This document shows, one piece after another, positions 37,287 through 47,656 of a stretch of 64,000 nucleotides of DNA. How positions within the stretch are numbered: position 1 is the first letter of the stretch; each line of letters opens with the position of its first letter. The translations under genes were made by a program, and so were the position numbers. The stretch is from Candidatus Poribacteria bacterium (GTDB taxonomy: Bacteria; Poribacteria; WGA-4E; WGA-3G). Under the pieces are notes generated by a model that saw nothing but the letters and a program-made list of their open reading frames with translations, did not search any database and was not told the DNA's origin. The stretch spans positions 3,037,924 to 3,101,923 of the forward strand of contig OZ244821.1 in the NCBI GenBank assembly GCA_965220325.1, given 5' to 3'.

Positions 37287-38201
37287 GTCAAATGTTCCTC
37301 TAATTTTTAGTCTGAACAAGAAAACGTTGTTTTTTCCAGATAATTCCAGAACCGCGGTTCCCTCGCTTCAGACGTAAAATGAATTTAACAAAAACTAACA
37401 GTCATTATATTATACTACACAGATATAGATATGTCAAGAAAAAATTTAGCTTATGCTAAAATTAGGGCGGAATTGCTCGAGGATATACCTACAACTCATA
37501 TCATTTCATTATTCGTGTAAACCCTAATATCACTTGGCATAATCTATCTTGTGATGCCACCCACACCGTAAAGGGTGGGCTTCGGTTTCGTAGCGACTGC
37601 GGTTTTCCGAAAGGGTCGGTTTACCGTCTTATTATCGCTCCACCAGCAGGCTATTATTCCGTCTCCGCCGCACTCGCGAAGTTGCGATCGGACGGTTTTA
37701 TCAGGCATTCTTGTCCTGGGCACCCCAGCCTGCAAAATGAATAAGATGATAGCGATACAAGACGCGGGGTCATTACGCCTCAGCGATTTACATGAACGCC
37801 ATCCAATAATGATGTTTTACAAGGTCTCACTTGCAACTTGCCACATACCATACGACTGGTAAGGAATGGATAGGACTCTACCAGAGGGGTAGAGGTCGTA
37901 TTCCTATCCAGCAAGTTACATATAGGATACCACATTTTTTCAACAAAGTCAAGTTTTTCGATCAGAAGTTTAGCTGTCTACATTCCGCAACCTAAAGGAT
38001 CGGATTTGACAGAAGAGTATTAATATTAATACCACAAATCATAGAATTTGTCAAGTATTTACTTTAAAAACAGTGAATTTTCCTTCCAAATGCTGGACTT
38101 TAGCAAAATATTTGCTTTAAGGGACGTGTTTGTGGTAAAATTATAGATTACAATGGTGCCAAAACCTTGTTTAAATAATATAACAAAGGAAGATATTAGA
38201 A

Positions 38202-39200
38202 ATGCGTGAGAGTTATCGTGTAGCGGTCGTCGGCGCGACAGGTGCCGTCGGAAATACAATGTTACAACTTCTGGCGGAGCGATCTTTCCCGATCACTTCC
38301 CTGAAACTTCTGGCATCACATCGTTCCGCTGGTGAAATCCTATCGTTTAAAAATGACCCCATCGTCGTTGAGGAGTTAACACACGACTCGTTTGCGGATG
38401 TGGATGTGGTGTTTTCATCCGCTGGTGCGTCTGTGAGCCGCGAATTTATCCCGACAGCTGTGGACAAAGGTGCGCTCGTCATTGATAATACCAGTGCGTT
38501 CCGTATGGACGAAGGCACACCCCTCGTGGTTCCGGAAGTCAATATGGATGCTGCGCATACCCACAACGGGCTTATCGCAAATCCAAACTGTTCTACTATC
38601 CAAATGATGGTAGCCCTCAAACCGATTTACGATGCTGCTGGCATCAAACGCATCGTCGTCTCAACCTATCAGAGCGTCTCCGGTAAGAGTGGGCGCGCCG
38701 TCTTGGAACTGGTGCAACAGACGACTGAAGCCCTTGAAGGCAAACCGATCACACTGGATAAATTCCCGCACCAGATGGCGTTCAATGTTGCATTTGACTG
38801 GCCCTTCTTAGACACCGGCGATAACGAAGAAGAAGTTAAAATGATTAACGAGACTCGGAAAATACTCAATGACGATACAATTGGTGTCTCGGCGACAACT
38901 GTCCGAGTCCCGGTCTTCTTCGCACATTCCGAGTCGATAAACGTTGAAACACATAAGAAACTGACCGTCGCTGAAGTAAAAACAATCCTCAACGCCGCGC
39001 CGGGCGTGAAACTTGTGGACAACCCGAGCAATCAGGAATATCCACTCGCTGTTGATGTCGCGGGTAAAGATGAAGTCTATGTCGGTAGAATTCGGGAAGA
39101 TACCTCTATAGAGAACGGTTTGAACCTTTGGGTGGTTGCCGATAACCTCCGAAAAGGTGCCGCCTTGAATGCTATCCAGATAGCTGAAAACCTGCTGTAA
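38202..39200 (+). CDS. asd: Aspartate-semialdehyde dehydrogenase
   Basis: VAVVGATGAVGNTML N-terminal NAD(P) motif and NPNCSTI active-site Cys. RBS AAGGAAG. Confidence 0.9.
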   Translation: MRESYRVAVVGATGAVGNTMLQLLAERSFPITSLKLLASHRSAGEILSFKNDPIVVEELTHDSFADVDVVFSSAGASVSREFIPTAVDKGALVIDNTSAFRMDEGTPLVVPEVNMDAAHTHNGLIANPNCSTIQMMVALKPIYDAAGIKRIVVSTYQSVSGKSGRAVLELVQQTTEALEGKPITLDKFPHQMAFNVAFDWPFLDTGDNEEEVKMINETRKILNDDTIGVSATTVRVPVFFAHSESINVETHKKLTVAEVKTILNAAPGVKLVDNPSNQEYPLAVDVAGKDEVYVGRIREDTSIENGLNLWVVADNLRKGAALNAIQIAENLL

Positions 39201-39215
39201 ATCCGCGAAAACATT

Positions 39216-40352
39216 ATGGAAATTACCCTTGCCACGCTACCGAATTATCTGCGTCAGCGACCTGCAATGACACGTTCGTTTGAACCGGGCGCGACGTTCC
39301 GTATAGAAGAAATTGGCGACGGTAATCTCAACACGGTCTATCGCGTTTCGGATGTGAGGCACACCGAGTGTTCGATTGTCTTAAAACACGCGCCACCCTA
39401 CATTAAGATATTGGGGCCCGACTATCCATTGTCCATTGAGCGTCTGACTTTTGAAGCTCGAGCACTTGAACTTTATGATCACTTCGCAAGCGGCACGGTG
39501 CCTGCACAATACGATTTCGATCCAAAAGCAGCAGTCATCGCTATGGAAGACCTCCGAGATGCACACGTCCTACGTGATGATCTGATTAATGGAACAGTGG
39601 ACACCGCAATCGCTGAACAGATCGGACGGTTTATGGGGATTGCGCATAGTCGGACGCATGTTAATAACGTCGGCAACACAACCGCAGCGCACTATAAACA
39701 GCAATTCGCGAACACCACTATGCAGTCGATCACTGCTGATTACGTGTTCTCTTTCCCATTTACTGAACACGAAACGAACTTCTGGACACCGGGATTAGAA
39801 CCAGAGATTCAGCGATTGAAGGCAGACACGGATTTCTTGGAGCAAACGGAGCATCTTAAGCGGATTTTCCTAACCGCACAGCAAGGCGTAACCCACGGCG
39901 ACCTACATACGGGCAGCGTTCTCGTTCAAGGCGATACCGCCAAAGTGATTGATGCTGAATTCGCTTTCTACGGTCCTGTAGGGTTCGACCTCGGATTATT
40001 TTGGGCGAATTATCTTTTAGCTTATTTTTCACACCAAGATAATCCGCGTGTACGATCCGCACTCAAAACTGCGATCTGGCAAACATGGCAGACCTACACA
40101 ACCGAATTCGAGATGACCGATACCGAACTGAAGGCACAGACGTTGGAAAATATTTTCCGTGAGGCTATCGGGTTTTCTGGGTTGGAAATACTGCGACGGC
40201 TCATCGGTGCCGCACACGTTAAGGATATAGAAAACATCCTTGATATACCGCAAAAGTTACGCGCAGAAAACGCAGCACTTCAATTCGGAACAACACTCGT
40301 CAAACAACACAACGCTTTCAGTGATGTCGCAGTGGTGATCGCGATGCTCTAA
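39216..40352 (+). CDS. mtnK: S-methyl-5-thioribose kinase-like (aminoglycoside phosphotransferase fold)
   Basis: EIGDGNLNTVYRV, HGDLHTGSV and VIDAEFAFYGPVGFDLG motifs as in MtnK. It is 15 bp after asd. Confidence 0.6.
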   Translation: MEITLATLPNYLRQRPAMTRSFEPGATFRIEEIGDGNLNTVYRVSDVRHTECSIVLKHAPPYIKILGPDYPLSIERLTFEARALELYDHFASGTVPAQYDFDPKAAVIAMEDLRDAHVLRDDLINGTVDTAIAEQIGRFMGIAHSRTHVNNVGNTTAAHYKQQFANTTMQSITADYVFSFPFTEHETNFWTPGLEPEIQRLKADTDFLEQTEHLKRIFLTAQQGVTHGDLHTGSVLVQGDTAKVIDAEFAFYGPVGFDLGLFWANYLLAYFSHQDNPRVRSALKTAIWQTWQTYTTEFEMTDTELKAQTLENIFREAIGFSGLEILRRLIGAAHVKDIENILDIPQKLRAENAALQFGTTLVKQHNAFSDVAVVIAML

Positions 40353-40387
40353 CTGATATGGATACACCCATCGCATTCTAAAATATT

Positions 40388-41263
40388 ATGAGAGACTATT
40401 ACGAAATCCTCGGCGTAGATCGAGGTGCTACTCCAGAAGAAATCAAAAAAGCCTATCGCAAACTCGCGGTCCGGTACCATCCAGACAAAAATCCTGGCGA
40501 CAAAGCGGCAGAAGAGAAATTCAAAGAGGCATCGAACGCGTATTCAGTGCTCTCTGACCCGGAAAAGCGACGCGTCTACGATACACGCGGGCACGCTGGC
40601 GTTCACGGGATGGGATTTGAAGGCTACCAGAATATGAACGACATCTTCACGCATATAAACTTGGACGATCTGCTCGGTCGCGGGTTCGGTGGCTTCGGCG
40701 GGTTCGGTAGATTCGACGACGCGTTCGGTGATGCCTTCGGACAGCGGCGCGCAACGACGCCGACTCGTGGACGCGACATCCGTATGAACCTAAGCGTTCC
40801 ATTCACAGATGCCGTATTAGGTGGAAAGAAAGAGGTAAACGTGCAAGGAAAACGGATCACGCTCACGATTCCGCCCGGGATACAGGACGGGAAAACGCTA
40901 CGTATCCGCGGACACGGAGAGACACATCGCAGCGGTGTCGCTGGGGACCTGTTGGTGACGGTCGCTGTCCAGCCGCACCCGACACTGATACGTGATGGCG
41001 CGGACCTCTTGACGGATGCAAAGATATCCATGACAACGGCAGCATTAGGTGGTTCCGTCCGGGTGAAGACGTTAACGGGTGATGTGGATTTAAAGGTGCC
41101 GGCGGGTGCGCAACCCGGGCAACAACTCCGTCTACGTGGACAGGGTGCAACAGATGCCTCCGGACGAAAAGGCGATCTGCGGGTCCGGTTGGTCGTGGAG
41201 ATTCCGAAATCGCTGTCCCGTAAACAGCGAAACCTCCTGAAAGAGCTCGACAAGACGCTATGA
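40388..41263 (+). CDS. DnaJ-class J-domain chaperone without a zinc-finger domain (CbpA-like type II)
   Basis: J domain DYYEILGV...YHPDKN. A G/F-rich linker [13 protein letters not shown]-terminal DnaJ_C beta domains. No CxxCxGxG repeats. Confidence 0.8.
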   Translation: MRDYYEILGVDRGATPEEIKKAYRKLAVRYHPDKNPGDKAAEEKFKEASNAYSVLSDPEKRRVYDTRGHAGVHGMGFEGYQNMNDIFTHINLDDLLGRGFGGFGGFGRFDDAFGDAFGQRRATTPTRGRDIRMNLSVPFTDAVLGGKKEVNVQGKRITLTIPPGIQDGKTLRIRGHGETHRSGVAGDLLVTVAVQPHPTLIRDGADLLTDAKISMTTAALGGSVRVKTLTGDVDLKVPAGAQPGQQLRLRGQGATDASGRKGDLRVRLVVEIPKSLSRKQRNLLKELDKTL

Positions 41264-42219
41264 GAACAACATCTTCTGAATCCGATGCTCCACAATCATC
41301 AAGTGGACAATTTGATACTGTATCAAAACGCATTATTCAACAAGATCCGGAGGACTGGGTCCGGTTTGTGCTCGGCATACCCGAGGCTAAGGTTATTGAG
41401 ATTTTAGATACGGAGCAGCCGACTGTTAGAGGACATCGTGCCGACAGTTTTATACGTGTGGATATCCTCGGTCAAGAGGCTATCATGCATTTTGAGTTTC
41501 AGACGCGCGATAGTACGCTGATCCCGATGCCATACCGTGTGGTAGGCTACGCTGGTAGAGGTATTGAAACTTTTCAAATACCTGTCTATTCGCATGTTAT
41601 CTATCTGCATCCGGATGCTGGACGCAATGATCCAGGGGAATACATCCAAGACATGCCGGGGCATGAAATTACGATCAAATATAAGGTGATTAGACTCTGC
41701 AAAATTAAAGGACAAGACGTTTTGGATGCGAAATTGAAGGGGTTAATTCCTTTCGCACCGCTGATGAAGTCACCAGAGGCAATGGATTCTAATGAATGGT
41801 TGCGAGAGTGTATCCGGGTCGCTGATACTTTACCTATGGATGAACCGGATAAACCTGATTATCTTGCAAGTTTGGCGATTTTGGGTGGTTTAATATTGGA
41901 CTATCAAACCATTCGTGGAATTATATCGGAGGAAACTATGTACGAATCATCTGTTATTCAACACTTCACGGAACAAGGCATTGAACAAGGCATTGAACAA
42001 GGCATTGAACAAGGCATTGAACAAGGCGAAAGAAAGGGTGTTCTTGAATCTCTGCTGGATATATTAGAAAGTCAGTTTCAGCATAGTGAGGTGCAAACAC
42101 TAAAGCCGACACTCGAGCGTATTGAGGAATTACAGGACCTCAGGCAATTGCTGCGTGAGGCACTTCAAGTGAAAAGCCTTGATGAATTCAAAACCCTTTT
42201 GGCATCAAATGGAAGTTGA
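41260..42219 (+). CDS. Rpn-family recombination-promoting nuclease / putative transposase (PD-(D/E)XK, YhgA-like) with a C-terminal DUF4351-like region
   Basis: HFEFQTRD ... [11 protein letters not shown]-terminal pattern of the Transposase_31/Rpn family. The C-terminal (EQGI)n plus helical tail resembles DUF4351. Confidence 0.55.
   Translation: MRTTSSESDAPQSSSGQFDTVSKRIIQQDPEDWVRFVLGIPEAKVIEILDTEQPTVRGHRADSFIRVDILGQEAIMHFEFQTRDSTLIPMPYRVVGYAGRGIETFQIPVYSHVIYLHPDAGRNDPGEYIQDMPGHEITIKYKVIRLCKIKGQDVLDAKLKGLIPFAPLMKSPEAMDSNEWLRECIRVADTLPMDEPDKPDYLASLAILGGLILDYQTIRGIISEETMYESSVIQHFTEQGIEQGIEQGIEQGIEQGERKGVLESLLDILESQFQHSEVQTLKPTLERIEELQDLRQLLREALQVKSLDEFKTLLASNGS
41971..42027 (+). repeat. Perfect 12-bp tandem repeat (GAACAAGGCATT) x4.75 inside the Rpn-family gene, encoding (EQGI)n
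   Basis: Read from the sequence. Confidence 0.9.
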
Positions 42220-42680
42220 ACCTGCGTCGGAGAAGTATGTATCCGTCCTTGTAAGGAACCCTCTCTATTCTCTACAAGCAGATGTAAAAATTCGACCTCT
42301 CTTTGTAGAATAGGCTGTTAGCCTGTTCTACCTTACGTCTTTTCTGCAAGTTCGCCACTGCTCAAAACTCGTAGAAAAATAGAAACAACCTTAAAAATAA
42401 AGACTATACGGAACAAAAACTGTCCAAACTTTAGTATTAATAAATCGTTGATTTTATTCCAGCAGGGGCGACCCCTCAAAATTTAATAGACTTTGTCTGT
42501 CCGAAGCTGCGAAGACGCGTATTGCAGATCTCATCCACTGCGAAAAGACAACCGGACTTAGCTCTGCAGAAACGGCAGAACTCAATCATTGTTTACAACT
42601 TGAACACCTGATGCGTCTCGCGAAATCTCGCGCCCGATGCTATTTGAAAAATGAATAAGACTTAAAAATAAGGAGTACAA

Positions 42681-43868
42681 ATGATCTCATTATCACAACG
42701 GAGTCAAAACGTTACACCGTCGTCCACTTTGGCGATCACCGCGAAGATTAACGCGCTGATCGCTGATGGCGTGGATGTTGTCAAATTCGGGGCAGGTGAA
42801 CCCGATTTCGACACACCTGATTATATCAAAGCAGCCGCAATCGCCGCACTTGACGCAGGCTTTACAAAATACACACCCGTCCCCGGTACCCCTGAACTCC
42901 GAGAGGCGGTCACGGAGAAATTCAAACGCGATAACGGATTAGATTATAAACTGTCCGAGGTTATCGTCTCCTGCGGTGCCAAGCATACTATCTATAACAT
43001 CTTCCAAGCGATCTGCGATCCGGGTGACGAAGTCATCCTCGCCGCACCGTATTGGGTTAGTTACCCAGAGCAGATTAAACTTGCAGGCGCAGTGCCGAGC
43101 GTCATTGAAACGACACCGGCACAGAACTTCTGCATGACCCCCGATCAGGTTGCAGCAGCGATCACTTCAAAAACGAAAGCGATCCTTGTTAACAGTCCGA
43201 GCAACCCGACCGGCACCACCTACGATGTGGACACGCTCAAGGCGATCGCTGACCTCGCCGTTAAGCATCAGGTCTACCTCATCTCCGATGAAATTTATGA
43301 GGCACTGCTCTACGAGGGTGCGTCGCACCAGAGTCCTGCCTCTTTCAACGAGGAGACGAAAGCGATTACCTTCGTTGTCAATGGTGTTTCTAAAGCTTAC
43401 TCGATGACAGGATGGCGGATCGGGTATACAGCGGGTCCCGAAGATGTGGTCTCGGCGATGTCGCGTATCCAATCGCACAGCACTTCAAACCCGACATCTA
43501 TTGCACAGAAAGCCGCTGTCGTTGCTTTGAATGAACCGCAGGATGCTGTTGAAGAGATGCGAAAAGCGTTTGAGGAACGCCGTGATGTGATCTGTCAACG
43601 CTTCGACGAGATCAATGGGGTCAGTTATGTCAAGCCACAGGGTGCGTTCTACATCTTCCCCGATTTCTCTGAACATTACGGCAGAACGATTAATGGACAA
43701 AAGATAGAGGGTTCAATGGATATTACCGACTATCTGCTCAGTTCGGCGGGTGTCGGCGTTGTGCCGGGCAACGGGTTCGGTGCGGATAACCATTTGCGTC
43801 TCTCATTTGCTACATCGTTGACAGAGATTAACCGTGGATTAGATCGGATTAAGAAAGCGTTGGCATAA
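42681..43868 (+). CDS. aspC: Class I pyridoxal-phosphate-dependent aminotransferase (aspartate aminotransferase family)
   Basis: RBS AAGGAG. SKAYSMTGWRIGY PLP-lysine motif. Typical length of 395 aa. Confidence 0.8.
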   Translation: MISLSQRSQNVTPSSTLAITAKINALIADGVDVVKFGAGEPDFDTPDYIKAAAIAALDAGFTKYTPVPGTPELREAVTEKFKRDNGLDYKLSEVIVSCGAKHTIYNIFQAICDPGDEVILAAPYWVSYPEQIKLAGAVPSVIETTPAQNFCMTPDQVAAAITSKTKAILVNSPSNPTGTTYDVDTLKAIADLAVKHQVYLISDEIYEALLYEGASHQSPASFNEETKAITFVVNGVSKAYSMTGWRIGYTAGPEDVVSAMSRIQSHSTSNPTSIAQKAAVVALNEPQDAVEEMRKAFEERRDVICQRFDEINGVSYVKPQGAFYIFPDFSEHYGRTINGQKIEGSMDITDYLLSSAGVGVVPGNGFGADNHLRLSFATSLTEINRGLDRIKKALA

Positions 43869-43885
43869 CGTTACTTTTTCTTGTA

Positions 43886-43915
43886 GGGCGGGGTTTCTGT
43901 GCCCCGCCATTGTCT
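43886..43915 (+). terminator. Putative intrinsic terminator after aspC (GGGCGGGG-loop-CCCCGCC, weak U-tract)
   Basis: GC hairpin 18 nt after the aspC stop. The tail ATTGTCTG is T-poor. Confidence 0.4.
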
Positions 43916-43978
43916 GAATGCTCGTCGCATTTGGGCGAGTACGCCGCAAATCTCGGATTTGCGCGGATTACACTGAGC

Positions 43979-45346
43979 ATGAACGTCAAAAACCGAACCA
44001 TCTTCTCAAACGACAACCTACCCGTCCTGCGCGGCATCGACACTGAATCCGTCGATCTGATCTATCTTGACCCGCCGTTCAATTCCAATCGGAACTACGC
44101 AGCACCCATCGGCAGCGAGGCAGCAGGCGCAGCCTTCAAAGATACATGGATGCTGTCCGATGTAGACAACGCATGGCACGGCGAAATAGCTGATCGTGAA
44201 CCCGCTTTGTATCAGGCGATACACGCAGCCGAGCTCACACACGGTAAGGGCATGAAGTCTTACCTTATCATGATGGCCGTGCGGTTATTAGAGATGCAGC
44301 GCGTCTTGAAAAAGACAGGGAATATCTATCTGCATTGCGACCCGACTGCAAGCCATTATCTCAAAACGCTTATGGATAGTGTGTTTGGAAAGAACAACTT
44401 TAAGAATGAGATTGTGTGGAATTCGGCAACGGGCGCTAAAAATAATGTCAAAACTCGTTTTGGTAGAGGACATGACATTATATTCTTCTACGGAATGCCC
44501 AAATCTAAATTCAATGTTCAATATGAGCCGCTGAGCGAAGAGTATCTGAAATCGCATTATACTTATACAGACGGAGATGGGCGACGTTTTCGTGCGGATA
44601 ACTTGAATGCGCCAAGCACTGATGGGCATCGCTATGAATTTCTGGGCGTTACAAGAAATTGGAGAATGACAGAAGAACAAGCACACCGATGGTTAGCCGA
44701 GGGGCGTATCGTACATCAAAGCATCACGCCAGGGTCTCGTGTCAGGATTCCGAGTTATAAACGCTACGCGGATGAATCTCTGGGTCGTCCTGCCTTGGAT
44801 AATTGGACAGATATAGGTGCCCTCAATTCTCAAGCAAAAGAATCCATCGGTTACCCCACCCAAAAACCTGTTGCTTTATTGGAGCGCATCATCAAAGCAA
44901 GCAGTAATAAAGATGACATCGTATTAGATCCGTTCTGTGGGTGTGCTACAACGTGCGTCGCAGCGGAACGGCTACAACGACAATGGATCGGTATTGACAT
45001 ATCACCCAAAGCCGTTAACCTTGTCTGTGTGAGGTTAGAAGCTGAGGTCGGAATCTTCGGAGAAGTCATCCACCTCACGGACATCCCCAAACGGAGTGAG
45101 AAACTACCCAATTACCGCACCCATAAACATACGTTATACGGTCAGCAGGAAGGCTTATGTAACGGGTGTAGAACACAATTTCCGTTTAGAAACATGACAG
45201 TTGATCACATCGTGCCACAATCGCAAGGCGGCACCGACTACGAGGATAACCTACAACTCCTTTGCGGTGCTTGCAACTCTACGAAGGAACGAGGCACACA
45301 AGCCGAGCTGATTTCACGACTAAAAGCCCAAGGCGTTTTACACTAA
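43979..45346 (+). CDS. Beta-class DNA amino-methyltransferase (DPPF motif IV before DPFCGCATT motif I) fused to a C-terminal HNH endonuclease domain
   Basis: IYLDPPFNSNRNY (N6-adenine/N4-cytosine MTase motif IV), DPFCGCATTCVAA (motif I), C-terminal CNGC...DHIVPQSQGG...NLQLLCGACN (HNH). ATG chosen after the aspC terminator. The ORF track's longer start overlaps the terminator. Confidence 0.75.
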   Translation: MNVKNRTIFSNDNLPVLRGIDTESVDLIYLDPPFNSNRNYAAPIGSEAAGAAFKDTWMLSDVDNAWHGEIADREPALYQAIHAAELTHGKGMKSYLIMMAVRLLEMQRVLKKTGNIYLHCDPTASHYLKTLMDSVFGKNNFKNEIVWNSATGAKNNVKTRFGRGHDIIFFYGMPKSKFNVQYEPLSEEYLKSHYTYTDGDGRRFRADNLNAPSTDGHRYEFLGVTRNWRMTEEQAHRWLAEGRIVHQSITPGSRVRIPSYKRYADESLGRPALDNWTDIGALNSQAKESIGYPTQKPVALLERIIKASSNKDDIVLDPFCGCATTCVAAERLQRQWIGIDISPKAVNLVCVRLEAEVGIFGEVIHLTDIPKRSEKLPNYRTHKHTLYGQQEGLCNGCRTQFPFRNMTVDHIVPQSQGGTDYEDNLQLLCGACNSTKERGTQAELISRLKAQGVLH

Positions 45347-45371
45347 TTGCCTTATAAAAGGAGACACTATC

Positions 45372-47102
45372 ATGCCAGAGCAGAATACACCGAACCTCGT
45401 TTTCGTGATCACTGACGACCAAGGCTACGGCGATTTGGGGTGTACCGGAAATCCGGTTATCAATACACCGAATCTCGACGCGCTCGCGGGACAGAGCGTG
45501 CAACTACAGAATCTGCACGTCGGTCCCACTTGTTCGCCGACACGCGCCGGAATTATGACGGGACACTATTGTAACTCTACAGGCGTGTGGCACACCATCG
45601 GTGGACGCTCACTCCTCCGTAGTGACGAGGTCACAATGGCAGATATTTTCCGGCGCAACGGTTATAAGACTGGTATGTTCGGTAAGTGGCACCTCGGCGA
45701 CAACTACCCGTTCCGTCCACACGACAGAGGCTTTGACGAAGCACTCTATCACGGCGGTGGCGGTATCAGTCAGACCCCGGATTATTGGGGCAACGACTAT
45801 TTCGATGACACCTATTTCCGAAACGGCTCTGAACAACCCTTCGATGGTTACTGCACGGATGTCTGGTTCCAAGAGGCGATGGCGTTTATTGAGCGGCAGG
45901 TTGACGGCGATCAGAACCGTCCGTTCTTCTGTTATCTCTCTACAAATGCCCCACACGGTCCGTTCCGTGTTCCTGACGCTTACAGCGAAGTCTATCGTAG
46001 GAAAGAGGTACCGAGGGACCGCTCGAATTTCTACGGTATGATTACTAATATTGACGACAATATGGCGCGATTGCGGCACCATCTTCGGGTCTTGGGAATT
46101 GAGGAAAACACAATCCTCATCTTCATGACCGATAACGGTACCGCGGCGGGATGCGATCTCGGTGAAGGACAATTCGTCAAGTCCGGATATAACGCCGGTA
46201 TGCGCGGCAAGAAAGGATCGCCTTATGAAGGTGGACACCGCGTACCGCTCTTTATGCATTGGCCCGGCGGAGGGTTCACCGAAAAGCAAGAGGTCCACGA
46301 ATTGACCGCAAATATCGATCTCCTTCCGACATTGATAGACCTCTGCGACCTTGAGATTTCCGAAAACACGACTTTTCACGGTACAAGCCTGGCTCCGCTG
46401 TTGAGAAACGAGACAGAGACCTGGGAAGAACGGGTTATTGTGACCGATTCGCAGCGCGTCGAAAACCCAATTAAGTGGAAAGATAGCGCGACGATGTCGC
46501 AACGGTGGCGACTTATTAACGGGAAAGAACTCTACGATATTCAGGCAGATCCCGGACAAGAACGCGACATCGCCAACGAACATCTAGAGGTTGTCGCAGA
46601 ACTCCGAGAGCATTACGAAACGTGGTGGAAATTGGTCTCAAGACGTTTTGATGAGGACTGTCCGATTGTCGTCGGCACGCAAAGCGAACCCGTTACCTGT
46701 ATCACAACACACGATTGGCACGGTGAGAGACACGCGTGGAATCAGGGGAGTATCCGTCGCGGTATGGAGTGTAACGGCTATTGGGCTATTGAGATACCTG
46801 AAGATGGGGCGTATAGTTTTGAATTGCGCCGCTGGCCCTACGCCGAAGATAGAGCAATAACGGACGGTATTCCGGGTGAGCCTATTGACCTCTACAACGG
46901 TGGGAAGGCGTTGGCACTCACAACAGCACAAATCCGCGTCGGAGATCAGGCAGCAACACAAGCCATTGCACCGGATGCAAAAGGCGTGACGTTTACGTTC
47001 AACCTCACTGCTGGTCAGACACGTCTTCACACGGAATTGACCGATGAAACGGGTGAATTGGCAGTTGGCGCGTATTATGTGTATGCAAAACGGGTGATCT
47101 AA
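45372..47102 (+). CDS. Sulfatase (arylsulfatase family, formylglycine-dependent)
   Basis: CSPTRAGIMTGHY (C-x-P-x-R FGly motif), GKWHLG, and the N-terminal VFVITDDQG metal-binding motif. RBS AAAGGAG. Confidence 0.85.
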   Translation: MPEQNTPNLVFVITDDQGYGDLGCTGNPVINTPNLDALAGQSVQLQNLHVGPTCSPTRAGIMTGHYCNSTGVWHTIGGRSLLRSDEVTMADIFRRNGYKTGMFGKWHLGDNYPFRPHDRGFDEALYHGGGGISQTPDYWGNDYFDDTYFRNGSEQPFDGYCTDVWFQEAMAFIERQVDGDQNRPFFCYLSTNAPHGPFRVPDAYSEVYRRKEVPRDRSNFYGMITNIDDNMARLRHHLRVLGIEENTILIFMTDNGTAAGCDLGEGQFVKSGYNAGMRGKKGSPYEGGHRVPLFMHWPGGGFTEKQEVHELTANIDLLPTLIDLCDLEISENTTFHGTSLAPLLRNETETWEERVIVTDSQRVENPIKWKDSATMSQRWRLINGKELYDIQADPGQERDIANEHLEVVAELREHYETWWKLVSRRFDEDCPIVVGTQSEPVTCITTHDWHGERHAWNQGSIRRGMECNGYWAIEIPEDGAYSFELRRWPYAEDRAITDGIPGEPIDLYNGGKALALTTAQIRVGDQAATQAIAPDAKGVTFTFNLTAGQTRLHTELTDETGELAVGAYYVYAKRVI

Positions 47103-47115
47103 TCGGTGGGATCTA

Positions 47116-47601
47116 TTAATAGGTAATGCTGGTCGCCACACGAGAGAATAGGCGTTCTAATTCACCGATTGACTCGCCGAGAATCTGTTCAACGTCTGTC
47201 TGTGTTAGCCCCAGCTGTTGAACACCGAGGCTCTCTTCAAAGTCATCTTGTGTTAACCCGAAATCCTTGTATCCCTGAATAACGATTTTTAGATACCACG
47301 ATGCGGGCGGTGCCAAATTTCCGGACGCTTCTTTCATCCGATAAAACATGACATCGTCTCGGTAATATTTGCCGTAATATTCCGGGTAGCCTTCGTATTT
47401 ATCAAGAGCGTTTTCGTGGTCTGCTGTAATTTGCCAAAGTCCGCCGTGAACCCTACATCCCTCCTCGGGGATAATATCGGCGTGGTAGTTAAAGACCAGG
47501 CGGAAACCATTGAGTTGGGATTTCCCAATACGAGTGATACCCGGACACCGTTGTTGTGTCTGGGAAACATTCATGTTGGATCCGTATGCAAAGTATTGCA
47601 T
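47116..47601 (-). CDS. Gamma-glutamyl cyclotransferase (GGCT/AIG2-like) family protein
   Basis: YFAYGSNM hallmark motif at the N-terminus. The start is placed at the internal Met immediately before it. Confidence 0.6.
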   Translation of the reverse strand: MQYFAYGSNMNVSQTQQRCPGITRIGKSQLNGFRLVFNYHADIIPEEGCRVHGGLWQITADHENALDKYEGYPEYYGKYYRDDVMFYRMKEASGNLAPPASWYLKIVIQGYKDFGLTQDDFEESLGVQQLGLTQTDVEQILGESIGELERLFSRVATSITY

Positions 47602-47656
47602 CAGTCGGCTCCATTTGTGAGGGGTCCCCATGCGGAGCATAGGGCCCCCAAGATCG

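Noticed and set aside
37620-37650. GCTCCACCA string reminiscent of the tmRNA 3' end
   Set aside because: No T-arm (GGTTCGANTCC) precedes it. No tag-peptide reading frame or tRNA-like 5' end was found nearby.
41260-42219. Calling the Rpn-family gene a bona fide IS transposase / mobile element
   Set aside because: Rpn/YhgA-like (Transposase_31) genes are not flanked by inverted repeats here and are generally not autonomous IS elements. It is kept as a CDS only.
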